Position numbers and translations under genes: made by a program. Of a DNA stretch of 64,000 nucleotides, positions 9,207-17,354 are shown piece by piece (the first letter of the stretch is position 1; the number at the start of each line of letters is the position of its first letter). Where the stretch lies: contig JAKALT010000005.1 in NCBI GenBank assembly GCA_021813125.1, positions 107 to 64,106 of the forward strand, written 5' to 3'. The notes beneath the pieces are model-generated. The model was given only the letters and a program-made list of their open reading frames with translations, searched no databases and was not told the origin of the DNA. The DNA comes from a bacterium (GTDB lineage: Bacteria; Patescibacteriota; Microgenomatia; Curtissbacterales; GWA2-41-24).

Positions 9207-9413
9207 TTAAGGAATTAAATCCTTAAGAGGTACTTTGAGAGCTAAAGCTATTTTGTGTAATGTCTTTAAAGAGGGGTTTCTTAAACCGCTTTCAATTTCG
9301 CTGATTGAAGTCAGATCCATCTTAGATTTTTCAGCTAATTGTAATTGGGATAGCTCTACCTTTTTCCTCAATTTTCTAATTCTCTCACCAACATTTTTGT
9401 AAATAGTAGCCAT
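9207..9413 (-). CDS. XRE-family helix-turn-helix transcriptional regulator
   Basis: 68 aa; RIRKLRKKVELSQLQLAEKSKMDLTSISEIESG is a typical HTH_XRE motif; 68 bp upstream of the 995-aa gene on the same strand. Confidence 0.7.
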   Translation of the reverse strand: MATIYKNVGERIRKLRKKVELSQLQLAEKSKMDLTSISEIESGLRNPSLKTLHKIALALKVPLKDLIP

Positions 9414-9583
9414 ACCATAACTAGTATGGTTTTTATGCCAAATTTAGTCTTTGGCACGGATGCCAAATTTACTGCTTGTTCTGAAGCCGAAACTTATTTA
9501 TAATTTTGCTGTAATATTGATCCGATTAGCCAATTCTGAGGGGATATTTGTATTTGGATAGACAAATAACTAATATATAACCG

Positions 9584-9590
9584 AAAGGAG
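9584..9590 (+). promoter_or_regulatory. Shine-Dalgarno (aaaggagg) for the DUF4352-like gene
   Basis: aaaggaggtgaaattaATG; 9-nt spacing to the ATG at 9600. Confidence 0.6.
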
Positions 9591-9599
9591 GTGAAATTA

Positions 9600-10163
9600 A
9601 TGGGAGATGAACCAAAAAAGAAGAACTTCTTTTTGAAGCACAAGGTCTTGTCTGTTGTTTTAGGTATTATTGTAATTTTAGTTGTACTTGCTGCTGCTGG
9701 TGGTGGTAAAAATAGCAACCAGGCCACAAATACACAGACAGCAAGCGAGAGTAAAACACAAACTAAGGAATCAGGCGATGTTACTCCTAAAGTAGGAGAC
9801 GTTACTAAGTTAGGTGATAGAGAGTTTGTTGTAAATTCTGTTAAAAGGTCAGGCGCATTTGGTTATAACACTCCTAAATCAGGTAAGGAGTACGTAATAG
9901 TAAACGTAACCATACGAAATTTAGGTAACAATGAAGTTTCATATAACCCTTTTGACTTTAAGGTACAGGATGCAAATGGTGCGCAGGAAAGCGAAGCTAT
10001 TGTTGTTCTCGATGATAGCTTAAACTCAGGTACCCTTGCAGCTGGAGGCAAAGTAACAGGTTCGATGCCATTCGAAGTTCCCGTAGGTGATGACGCTAAA
10101 TTGATATTCCAGCCAAGTTTCTGGAGTAGTCAAAGAGTGGTTGTAGATTTGGGTAGTAAATAG
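9600..10163 (+). CDS. Membrane-anchored DUF4352-like protein
   Basis: N-terminal TM helix (VLSVVLGIIVILVVLAAAGGG) then a beta-rich domain with YVIVNVTIRNLGNNEVSYNPFDFKVQDANG typical of DUF4352; ATG at 9600 preferred over the GTG at 9591 because of the RBS. Confidence 0.5.
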   Translation: MGDEPKKKNFFLKHKVLSVVLGIIVILVVLAAAGGGKNSNQATNTQTASESKTQTKESGDVTPKVGDVTKLGDREFVVNSVKRSGAFGYNTPKSGKEYVIVNVTIRNLGNNEVSYNPFDFKVQDANGAQESEAIVVLDDSLNSGTLAAGGKVTGSMPFEVPVGDDAKLIFQPSFWSSQRVVVDLGSK

Positions 10164-10395
10164 GTTAAAGACAGTAACAACGATTACATTTGGCGTGATG
10201 GAAAAGGTGGAGTAGGTGGTGGTGGAGAAGTCGTAAGACTTCCTGACACACTCTATGGTTATCCATTCTTCGAACAGAATGATCTTAACCAAAGCGAACT
10301 CTACTTTGGAGATTGGTCAATGTATATCATTGGAGATCGTCAAACTATGGCCGTTACTACAACGACCGAGATAATTAATTCCCTTAAAGTATACG

Positions 10396-10452
10396 TTAGT
10401 TTACGATAACTGACGACTTGACACGATCTTTTATTTGTGGTTCTATAAAATC
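10396..10452 (+). promoter_or_regulatory. Promoter/operator module 1 (TTGACAcgat...tatttgtg...tataaaat), immediately upstream of the HNH-like gene
   Basis: TTGACA at 10418-10423, AT-rich -10-like tctataaaat ending 10 bp before the ATG at 10453; near-duplicate of the module at 11098..11151. Confidence 0.5.
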
Positions 10453-11022
10453 ATGAAATTTCAAAAAGGTCATACAACAAATAAAGGCAGAATTCCATGG
10501 AACGAAGGTACAAAAGGTCTTTCAAAGGGTGGGAGGACAAGAAAGGATGACAAGATTCGTTGTACAGGTTGCGACCGTTTTTTTGATAGAGCTCCGAGTA
10601 GAATCGTGAAATACAATTTCCATGACACTGATTGTTTCAAAAAATATAGAAAAAATAACAAAAGGCGCCCTTGGGACTATGATGTGTATATAAAAAATTC
10701 AGGTGAGAATAACCATAATTTTAAAGGTATCATGGCTTGTTGCTCCTCCTTGCATAAATGGGTTAGATATCACAAAGGGAAACCAGCATTTTGTGTAGAC
10801 TGTGGAGCGACTAAGAATAATAATGAGAGAGATCTAGAATGGTCAAACCAAAGTGGGTTATATTTAGCCGATTTAGATGATTTTGTTGGGAGATGCTATG
10901 TTTGTCATAAAGAACATGACAAAAAATTAGGCTTTCCTAGAAAGAAGTCTTTTGATAAAAAAGGACACAGAATAGGAATAACTATCTTTGTCCCTTATGA
11001 ATACCGACGCAGAACCTTCTAA
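10453..11022 (+). CDS. Phage-type HNH-like endonuclease (Cys-rich), tentative
   Basis: N-terminal KGHTTNKGRIPWNEG and C-terminal CYVCHKEHD resemble phage HNH homing endonucleases; many Cys/His pairs; start at ATG 10453, in frame with ORF-track 10435. Confidence 0.4.
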   Translation: MKFQKGHTTNKGRIPWNEGTKGLSKGGRTRKDDKIRCTGCDRFFDRAPSRIVKYNFHDTDCFKKYRKNNKRRPWDYDVYIKNSGENNHNFKGIMACCSSLHKWVRYHKGKPAFCVDCGATKNNNERDLEWSNQSGLYLADLDDFVGRCYVCHKEHDKKLGFPRKKSFDKKGHRIGITIFVPYEYRRRTF

Positions 11023-11097
11023 ATGAGGGTTTAACAGGTTTTTTACTTAAAATTATATTCTTTATCCTACAATAATTTTACGACAGTCTTACGAGGT

Positions 11098-11151
11098 CTA
11101 ACGACCCTCTACGAGTTGACACGATATCCTATTTGTGTTAAATTATTTAAT
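11098..11151 (+). promoter_or_regulatory. Promoter/operator module 2 (TTGACAcgat...tatttgtgttaaat)
   Basis: TTGACA at 11116-11121, TGTGtTAAAT extended -10-like, ATG at 11152; shares ttgacacgat and tatttgtg with module 1. Confidence 0.5.
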
Positions 11152-11466
11152 ATGAATAGGCAACTTGAAGACAAGTTAAGATTACTTAAAATTGATCTTT
11201 TAAATATTCTTCATATTTTAGCAGTAAGCGGTTCCATAGCCTTAGAATTGAATGAAATATCCGATTCTACTTCTACCTCTGAATCAGAGCTTAAAGGTAG
11301 TATCAGTACTTTAAGGAGAATGAAAATTGATGACGAAACCTTAATTGTACCTGCTGGAAGAGATGAAGATGGACGGCTTAGATGGAAGATTAATGAAAAA
11401 ATAATTAAAAAAAGCGATTTGGCTAAGTTTTTAGAGGAAGAAATATTAGGAAAAGACAGTAATTGA
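11152..11466 (+). CDS. Hypothetical small protein (104 aa)
   Basis: ORF starting MNRQLEDKLRLLKIDLL...; the ORF-track upstream extension begins with TTG inside the promoter module. Confidence 0.4.
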   Translation: MNRQLEDKLRLLKIDLLNILHILAVSGSIALELNEISDSTSTSESELKGSISTLRRMKIDDETLIVPAGRDEDGRLRWKINEKIIKKSDLAKFLEEEILGKDSN

Positions 11467-11562
11467 GAATTATTAGAAAAACTTATCATAGGTTACTTTT
11501 TAGTGATAGATAAGTAAATAATTTTAGGGTTGTTTTCTTATTAAATAGAAAACGCTAGATAA

Positions 11563-11602
11563 CCCAGCAAATGACATTTAAATGTCTGTGCTGGGTTTTT
11601 TA
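11563..11602 (+). terminator. Rho-independent terminator
   Basis: cccagcaaatgacatttaaatgtctgtgctggg followed by tttttt. Confidence 0.65.
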
Positions 11603-11613
11603 TTGGATTTTTT

Positions 11614-11790
11614 ATGAAAGGTGCTAAGAAACAATTTAGTGGCAACAGAAAGGTAATACCCCCTAGAATTGCGTTTGTTTATGATGAGTCTCTAGGTAAT
11701 GAAGAAATATTACAGGATATGTATAACAGAGTGTTTGAAATAGCCAAACAAAATATTTTAGCTAGGAGAAGGCATTCAAATATATTATAA
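11614..11790 (+). CDS. Hypothetical 58-aa ORF upstream of the serine recombinase
   Basis: atgaaaggtgctaag...; MKGAKKQFSGNRKVIPPRIAFVYDESLGNEEILQDMYNRVFEIAKQNILARRRHSNIL; not in the ORF track (under 60 aa). Confidence 0.25.
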   Translation: MKGAKKQFSGNRKVIPPRIAFVYDESLGNEEILQDMYNRVFEIAKQNILARRRHSNIL

Positions 11791-11844
11791 TAAAATAATA
11801 CTAGAGGTCTACATCTTTAGATTAAACTTCTAGTAAGGGCAAAG

Positions 11845-13491
11845 ATGTTATCTGATTCAATTACTAATGACTTGGTCATATCTTCACAACCTCTAATTCC
11901 CGCTTTATATTGTCGCGTTAGCACAGGTCGTCAGGAGAATGAAAAAACAATTGACAGTCAGATCGATGAAATTATTACTAAAGCTGTTGGTGACGGCACA
12001 GAGATCCGGTCCGATTTAAGGTTTGTTGATAATGGCTGGCCAGGAGAATTATTAGCGCGTCCAGCACTTGACCAGCTTAGGGATGCAGCAACACGAGGAG
12101 AATTCAATGCCTTATATGTTTATGATTTAGGCAGGTTATCGAGATCTTTTTTGGATCAACTAATTCTACTTAAGGAACTTCAAGATCTTGAGATCAAAAT
12201 CATCTCATTACACGACATTAATGCAGAAAATGATGAGCAGGTTTTTGCGAGAAATGTTATGGGTTTATTCCATGATTTCGAGCGGAAAAAAATTGCCGAA
12301 AGAATGAGGCGAGGGAAACTTTTTAAAGCTCGAAGTGGAACGCTGATTAATGGACAATCCTTATACGGGTTTAACTATATTAAAAAAACTGATACTGAAC
12401 CTGCGCGTTGTGAAATTAATAAAGAGGAGGCCAGAGTAATTAGAATGATTTTCGATTGGGTAGGGAAAGAAGGTGCATCAACTAGAGAAGTCATTAAAAG
12501 GCTTTATGATTTAGGAATTTCACCTAGAAAAGGTAAAACTACATTTTGGACCCATGGACCAATCGTAAGACTATTAAGGGAAGAATCTTATGTGTCTGGA
12601 TATATTTATTACAATAAAAGCGAGGCTGTTGTTGCTAAGAAGCCTCTTAAAAACATTAAATATAAAAAAATTAAAAGGGGTAGCCGTAGAATGCGGCCAA
12701 GGGAAGATTGGATACCTTTTCAGGTTCCTAAAATTATTGAAGATAGAAACCTTTTTGATAAAGTCCAAAGGTTAATAGAATATAACAAAAACTTTGCCTC
12801 TAAAAAAAGAAAATACGATTATTTGCTTTCGGGTATAGCTTTTTGTGAATGTGGTGCCAAAAGGGTAGGAGATGGAATCGATAAAGACAATTTTTATTAC
12901 CGATGCGCCGAAAGACTATATAGATTTCCTCTAGAGAAAAAGTGCCATTCAAAGGGTATTAATGCGGCAGTTTTGGATAAAGTATTTTGGAATGAACTAC
13001 TAAAGTTTATAAACAATCCATCATTGATTAGACAGGCTGCAGAAAATTGGCTTAGAGAATCTGGCGATAATGATAAGGATAGGTTAGAAAAGCAGGAGTT
13101 GACTGAATTTATAGCAAGGGTAGACGATGAGGAACAGCGTTATGCCAAAGCTTACGGCGCAGGAGCCTTGGATTTTGAAAAGTTCAAGGAATTGATGAGG
13201 GGCACGAAGAGGAAGAAGGATGGTTACCAGCAACAACTCGATAATCTGAATAATAAAATTGCTAATCAAGGGATAGACAGTATTCAATTAGATGAGGTTG
13301 TGGAAGAAGCAGGGAGGGTTTTTCAGTCTTTAGAGCTGCAAGACAAAAAACAAATTGTTCGGGATATAATAACTAAAGTCATCGTGAAAGGAGGGCTTGA
13401 GGTAGAAGTAAGGGGAAGAATCCCGCTTTTTCCCTCAAATATGGGATATGAACTTAAAGGTTGGAATAGTTGGGTTGCCAAATGTTGGTAA
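11845..13491 (+). CDS. Large serine recombinase (resolvase catalytic domain + recombinase domain + zinc-ribbon/coiled-coil)
   Basis: N-terminal ALYCRVSTGRQENEKTIDSQ (catalytic Ser), YVYDLGRLSRS, zinc-ribbon Cys cluster CECGAKR...YYRCAE...KKCHSKG, C-terminal coiled coil; its 3' end overlaps ychF by 44 bp. Confidence 0.85.
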   Translation: MLSDSITNDLVISSQPLIPALYCRVSTGRQENEKTIDSQIDEIITKAVGDGTEIRSDLRFVDNGWPGELLARPALDQLRDAATRGEFNALYVYDLGRLSRSFLDQLILLKELQDLEIKIISLHDINAENDEQVFARNVMGLFHDFERKKIAERMRRGKLFKARSGTLINGQSLYGFNYIKKTDTEPARCEINKEEARVIRMIFDWVGKEGASTREVIKRLYDLGISPRKGKTTFWTHGPIVRLLREESYVSGYIYYNKSEAVVAKKPLKNIKYKKIKRGSRRMRPREDWIPFQVPKIIEDRNLFDKVQRLIEYNKNFASKKRKYDYLLSGIAFCECGAKRVGDGIDKDNFYYRCAERLYRFPLEKKCHSKGINAAVLDKVFWNELLKFINNPSLIRQAAENWLRESGDNDKDRLEKQELTEFIARVDDEEQRYAKAYGAGALDFEKFKELMRGTKRKKDGYQQQLDNLNNKIANQGIDSIQLDEVVEEAGRVFQSLELQDKKQIVRDIITKVIVKGGLEVEVRGRIPLFPSNMGYELKGWNSWVAKCW

Positions 13492-14527
13492 ATCGACGCT
13501 TTTTAATGCACTCCTAAAGAAACAGGTTGCTACAGCTGCCAATTACCCGTTTACGACAATTGAGCCGAATGTCGGGGTAGTGGAAGTGCCGGATGAAAGG
13601 CTAGAAAAACTCAAAGAAGTTATAGATAAATCGGAAGGCTTAGCGCCGGGTTTTAAAATAATTCCGGCGGTTGTTCAGTTTGTGGACATTGCCGGACTTG
13701 TTAAGGGTGCCCACAAGGGTGAAGGATTGGGAAATAAATTTCTTTCGCATATCAGAGAGGTTGATGCGATTGTATTTGTAGTCAGGGATTTTAAAAGTGA
13801 AGATATTATAAATACCGGTGATAATCCAAAAAGTGACCTTGAGGTTTTAAAAGCGGAATTATTAATGAAAGATTTAGAAACTTTGGAAAAAAGGTTGGAT
13901 ACGCTGGAGCGTGAGTTAAAACCATTGAGGCCAAACGATTTGAAAAGACAAACTTTAAAAGTCATGGAAAATGCCAAGAAATTAATCGGTGAAGGCAAGT
14001 GGCTGGTAGACGAACTGGAAAGTGAAGAGCTTGCCAAGATTGACGAACTATCTCTGCTTTCGGCAAAAAAAATAGTAGTAGTTGTAAATTCGGATGAGAG
14101 TGATTTAGCAAAAACGGCGGAGATTCCGGGAGCTTTAAGGATTAGTGCAAAGCTTGAAGAAGAATTAGCGGCTCTTTCTCTAAATGAACAAGAGGATTAC
14201 TTGAAAGAGCTTGGGATTTACGAGAGCGGTTTGGCAAAACTTGCAAAGCGCGCTTATGAAGTTCTGGGTTTGGAGACATTTTTAACGGCGGGCTCAAAAG
14301 AAGTTAGGGCTTGGACTATTGGAAAGGGGAGTTTGGCACCTAAAGCTGCCGGGGTGATCCATACGGATTTTGAGCGGGGATTTATTGCCGCGGATGTTGT
14401 GCCGTTTGATAAGTTTGTTCAAGCCGGTGGCTGGAAAGGTTCAAGAGATAGCGGTTTTGTTAAAACTATCGGCAAAGCGGAAGTAATGCCGGAAGACATG
14501 GTAGTTGAGTTTAAGTTTAGCGTTTGA
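13448..14527 (+). CDS. ychF: Ribosome-binding ATPase YchF
   Basis: MNLKVGIVGLPNVGKSTLFNALL...; G4/TGS regions conserved; 359 aa. Confidence 0.95.
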   Translation: MNLKVGIVGLPNVGKSTLFNALLKKQVATAANYPFTTIEPNVGVVEVPDERLEKLKEVIDKSEGLAPGFKIIPAVVQFVDIAGLVKGAHKGEGLGNKFLSHIREVDAIVFVVRDFKSEDIINTGDNPKSDLEVLKAELLMKDLETLEKRLDTLERELKPLRPNDLKRQTLKVMENAKKLIGEGKWLVDELESEELAKIDELSLLSAKKIVVVVNSDESDLAKTAEIPGALRISAKLEEELAALSLNEQEDYLKELGIYESGLAKLAKRAYEVLGLETFLTAGSKEVRAWTIGKGSLAPKAAGVIHTDFERGFIAADVVPFDKFVQAGGWKGSRDSGFVKTIGKAEVMPEDMVVEFKFSV

Positions 14528-14551
14528 TAGAATTTCAAAACTTATATAATT

Positions 14552-15052
14552 ATGGCGAGTATGTACGAGCTTATGATAGTTGCCACAACGGGCGGTAGTG
14601 AATCGCTTATAAGCCGCGTGGAAAAGTTAGTAAAAGATGCAGAGGGGGCCAATATAAAAGTCGGCAAGCTTGGGAAAAAGCAGCTTGCATATCCGATTAA
14701 AAAACAAACAGAGGCGGAATATTTTCTTTTGGAATTTGAGGCAGAAGGCCCAAATCTTAAATCGATTACCGATAAATTAAGGCTTGAGCAAGAAGATTTG
14801 TTAAGGTATATGCTTTTGGGGAAGAAGGAGAAAAGGCTTTCAAAAAAGGGTAAAAAGGTTGAAGTTGCCCAAAAGGAAGAGTCGAAAAAAGAAACTGCTA
14901 AAGTTACGGTGGTAACAAAAAAGGTATCAGAGGTATCGAAAGTATCAAAAGTCACAAAAGTAAAAAAAGAATCAAAGGTTGTTGACGCGAAGGCAAAAAG
15001 TAAGGTAGCATCAGGGGCGAAAGTAAAATCGAAAGGTAAGAGTAAAAAGTAA
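14552..15052 (+). CDS. rpsF: 30S ribosomal protein S6 with Lys/Val/Ser-rich C-terminal extension
   Basis: YELMIVATTGGSESLISRVEKL...GKKQLAYPIKKQTEAEYFLLEFEAEGP; tail KVSEVSKVSKVTKVKKESKV. Confidence 0.9.
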   Translation: MASMYELMIVATTGGSESLISRVEKLVKDAEGANIKVGKLGKKQLAYPIKKQTEAEYFLLEFEAEGPNLKSITDKLRLEQEDLLRYMLLGKKEKRLSKKGKKVEVAQKEESKKETAKVTVVTKKVSEVSKVSKVTKVKKESKVVDAKAKSKVASGAKVKSKGKSKK

Positions 15053-15061
15053 TGTCATCAC

Positions 15062-15150
15062 GAGTATTCCTAAATATCAGCAGGTCGCTTTGGCACCTTA
15101 CGTCAAATAAATTTGACTCCAGTCATGCCAAGAGCGCTCCTCTGATATTG
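15062..15150 (+). repeat. Copy 1 of a small palindromic interspersed element (tatcagcaggtcgcYttggcacc...gtcatgccaaKRgcgctcctctgatat)
   Basis: Long imperfect inverted-repeat flanks enclosing a variable hairpin (gtcaaataaatttgac); related copies at 15732..15780 and 40541..40626. Confidence 0.75.
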
Positions 15151-15181
15151 CTCGAATCCCGACTAGCTTTGGAGGTGCTCT

Positions 15182-15715
15182 GTGTCTAGTCGAGCTTCTC
15201 TCAATAAAGTATTGCTAATCGGAAATTTAACCCGGGATCCGGAGTTAAGGTACACTCCCAGCGGTGCTGCGGTTTGCACTTTTGGAATTGCAACAAACCG
15301 CTATTATGTTGCTTCGGATGGACAGAAGAAGGAAGAAACGGAATTTATAAAAATTGTTTCGTGGAATAAACTAGCCGAGCTTTGTTCGCAGCTATTGGCA
15401 AAAGGAAGAAAGGTTTATGTAGAGGGAAGGTTGCAAACCAGAAGCTGGGAAACACCGGACGGCCAAAACCGCCAGACGACAGAAGTAGTTATAGACGACA
15501 TGAGGATTTTGGATTCCAAGCGGGATTTTGAAGGTGGGGAAGAGGAATTATCCGGCGGAGCACCTGCTGATGAGGCGGAATTTGCTGAAGCAACAGGGAA
15601 GGAAGAAGCTTCGGGGAAAGCGCCTAAAGGCAAGGAAGTGAAAAAAGAATCTGCTGCCCCCAAGAAAAAAGAAGAGGAAGAAGACAAAGTCGATTTAGAC
15701 GACCTTCCATTTTAA
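15182..15715 (+). CDS. ssb: Single-stranded DNA-binding protein (GTG start)
   Basis: NKVLLIGNLTRDPELRYTPSGAAVCTFGIATNR; acidic tail ending DDLPF. Confidence 0.95.
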   Translation: MSSRASLNKVLLIGNLTRDPELRYTPSGAAVCTFGIATNRYYVASDGQKKEETEFIKIVSWNKLAELCSQLLAKGRKVYVEGRLQTRSWETPDGQNRQTTEVVIDDMRILDSKRDFEGGEEELSGGAPADEAEFAEATGKEEASGKAPKGKEVKKESAAPKKKEEEEDKVDLDDLPF

Positions 15716-15731
15716 AGAATGCCTAAATTTG

Positions 15732-15780
15732 TATCAGCAGCTCAACTTGAAACTTCGTTTCAATGTTGCTCCTCTGATAT
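15732..15780 (+). repeat. Copy 2 (short variant) of the palindromic interspersed element
   Basis: tatcagcag-ctcaacttgaaacttcgtttcaatgttg-ctcctctgatat; same termini, different internal hairpin (ttgaaac/gtttcaa). Confidence 0.65.
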
Positions 15781-15814
15781 AGAATTTAGGCTTTAAGAAT
15801 AGTAATATAATAGG

Positions 15815-16042
15815 ATGCCAAAATTTATTAAAAGATTATCGAGAGCCAGAAGATGTCCTCTTTGCATTGAGGATATTGAAGTTGATTATAAGGATGTTTC
15901 TCTTCTCAGGAAGTATTTATCAGAGCGTGGTAAAATACTTGGAAGAGCTCGGACCGGGATTTGTGCCAAGCATCAGAGACAAGTAACCCGAAGTGTAAAA
16001 AGAGCCCGTTATATGGCACTTTTGCCATTTGTTCAAGCTTAA
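15815..16042 (+). CDS. rpsR: 30S ribosomal protein S18
   Basis: [61 protein letters not shown]. Confidence 0.95.
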   Translation: MPKFIKRLSRARRCPLCIEDIEVDYKDVSLLRKYLSERGKILGRARTGICAKHQRQVTRSVKRARYMALLPFVQA

Positions 16043-16052
16043 GAATTTAAAG

Positions 16053-17354
16053 ATGCCTGAAAATTTGCCTGCTGAATCCAAGAACTCTTCGCAATTTGCA
16101 GAAAAGGAAGCTCCAACTATACCTACCCCGAAGTTAAAAAAACCTTCATTTGTAAATTTTGTCATGCAATTTGCCGTTGTTGCGGCAGTCTTTTTTGCGA
16201 TTGGCTTTTCACTTGGGCAAAAGCGAATCGAAGTAGAAAAGAGGTCTTTTGTTCCGACCATTAGTGTTTCAAACCAGCTTCCGCCTAAAAATCAAAATGT
16301 AGACTTTTCACTTTTCTGGAACGTTTTTGATACTTTACCCCAGAAATACTTCGATAAAAGTGCGGTCAACGGCCAAAAAATGCTTTATGGCGCAATTTCG
16401 GGAATGGTTGCATCCCTGGGGGACCCTTATACGGCGTTTTTAGATCCTGGACAAAATAAAGCGATTGAATCTGAGATTGCGGGTTCTTATGAGGGTGTCG
16501 GGATAGAAATTGGCTTTGATAAGGACAACAGAATGGTTGTTATCTCACCACTTAAAGATACACCGGCAGACAAGGCCGGAGTTTTACCGGGTGATGTTAT
16601 TTTGAAAATTGGGGACAAAGATACTTTTGGGATGACTTTGCCGCAAGCTGTTGAGTTGATTCGCGGCCAGGCAGGAACAAATGTGACGCTCACCTTCCTA
16701 AGGGCCAATGTCGAGAAGCCTATCGTACGGGACATTCAGCGGGCCAGCATCGATGTTAAAAGTGTTGATGTCACATACAAAGATGCCAAGATTGGTCAGG
16801 TAGCCGTGATTCGCGTTTCCAGGTTTGGTGACAAGACAGATAACGAATGGGATGCGGCAGTAAGTGAAGCACTCACAAAAAATGTTAAAGCCGTTATCGT
16901 CGATATGAGAAACAACCCCGGCGGACTGCTGACTTCTTCTGTGCATCTGGCAAGCGATTTTGTTCAGGGCACAATTGTTAAACAGGAATACTCGGACGGT
17001 TCCGTGACATCTTTGCCGAGTGACCATGCCGGACGGTTAATGAATATGCCGGTTGCGGTTCTGGTAAACGGCGGTTCCGCTTCAGCTGCTGAGATATTTT
17101 CGGGAGCTTTGCAGGATACCAAGCATGGTAAAATTGTCGGAGTTAAAACTTTCGGCAAGGGGACAGTTCAGGATGTTGTTGATTTACCGGGAGGCTCAGG
17201 ACTGCATGTGACGATAGCCAAGTGGCTTACGCCAAAAGGGCATTCAATCCATCATGTAGGTATAACTCCGGATGTTACTGTTGATTTGATCCAACAAGAT
17301 AGAGATTCCGGGAAAGACCCACAGCTTGAAAAGGCCCTTGAGATAATTAAATGA
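16053..17354 (+). CDS. ctp: Carboxyl-terminal processing protease (S41 family, PDZ domain)
   Basis: PDZ GDVILKIGD; S41 blocks VAVIRVSRF, IVDMRNNPGG, LVNGGSASAAEIFSGALQD; ATG 16053 chosen over the ORF-track 16029 to avoid overlap with the rpsR stop. Confidence 0.85.
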   Translation: MPENLPAESKNSSQFAEKEAPTIPTPKLKKPSFVNFVMQFAVVAAVFFAIGFSLGQKRIEVEKRSFVPTISVSNQLPPKNQNVDFSLFWNVFDTLPQKYFDKSAVNGQKMLYGAISGMVASLGDPYTAFLDPGQNKAIESEIAGSYEGVGIEIGFDKDNRMVVISPLKDTPADKAGVLPGDVILKIGDKDTFGMTLPQAVELIRGQAGTNVTLTFLRANVEKPIVRDIQRASIDVKSVDVTYKDAKIGQVAVIRVSRFGDKTDNEWDAAVSEALTKNVKAVIVDMRNNPGGLLTSSVHLASDFVQGTIVKQEYSDGSVTSLPSDHAGRLMNMPVAVLVNGGSASAAEIFSGALQDTKHGKIVGVKTFGKGTVQDVVDLPGGSGLHVTIAKWLTPKGHSIHHVGITPDVTVDLIQQDRDSGKDPQLEKALEIIK

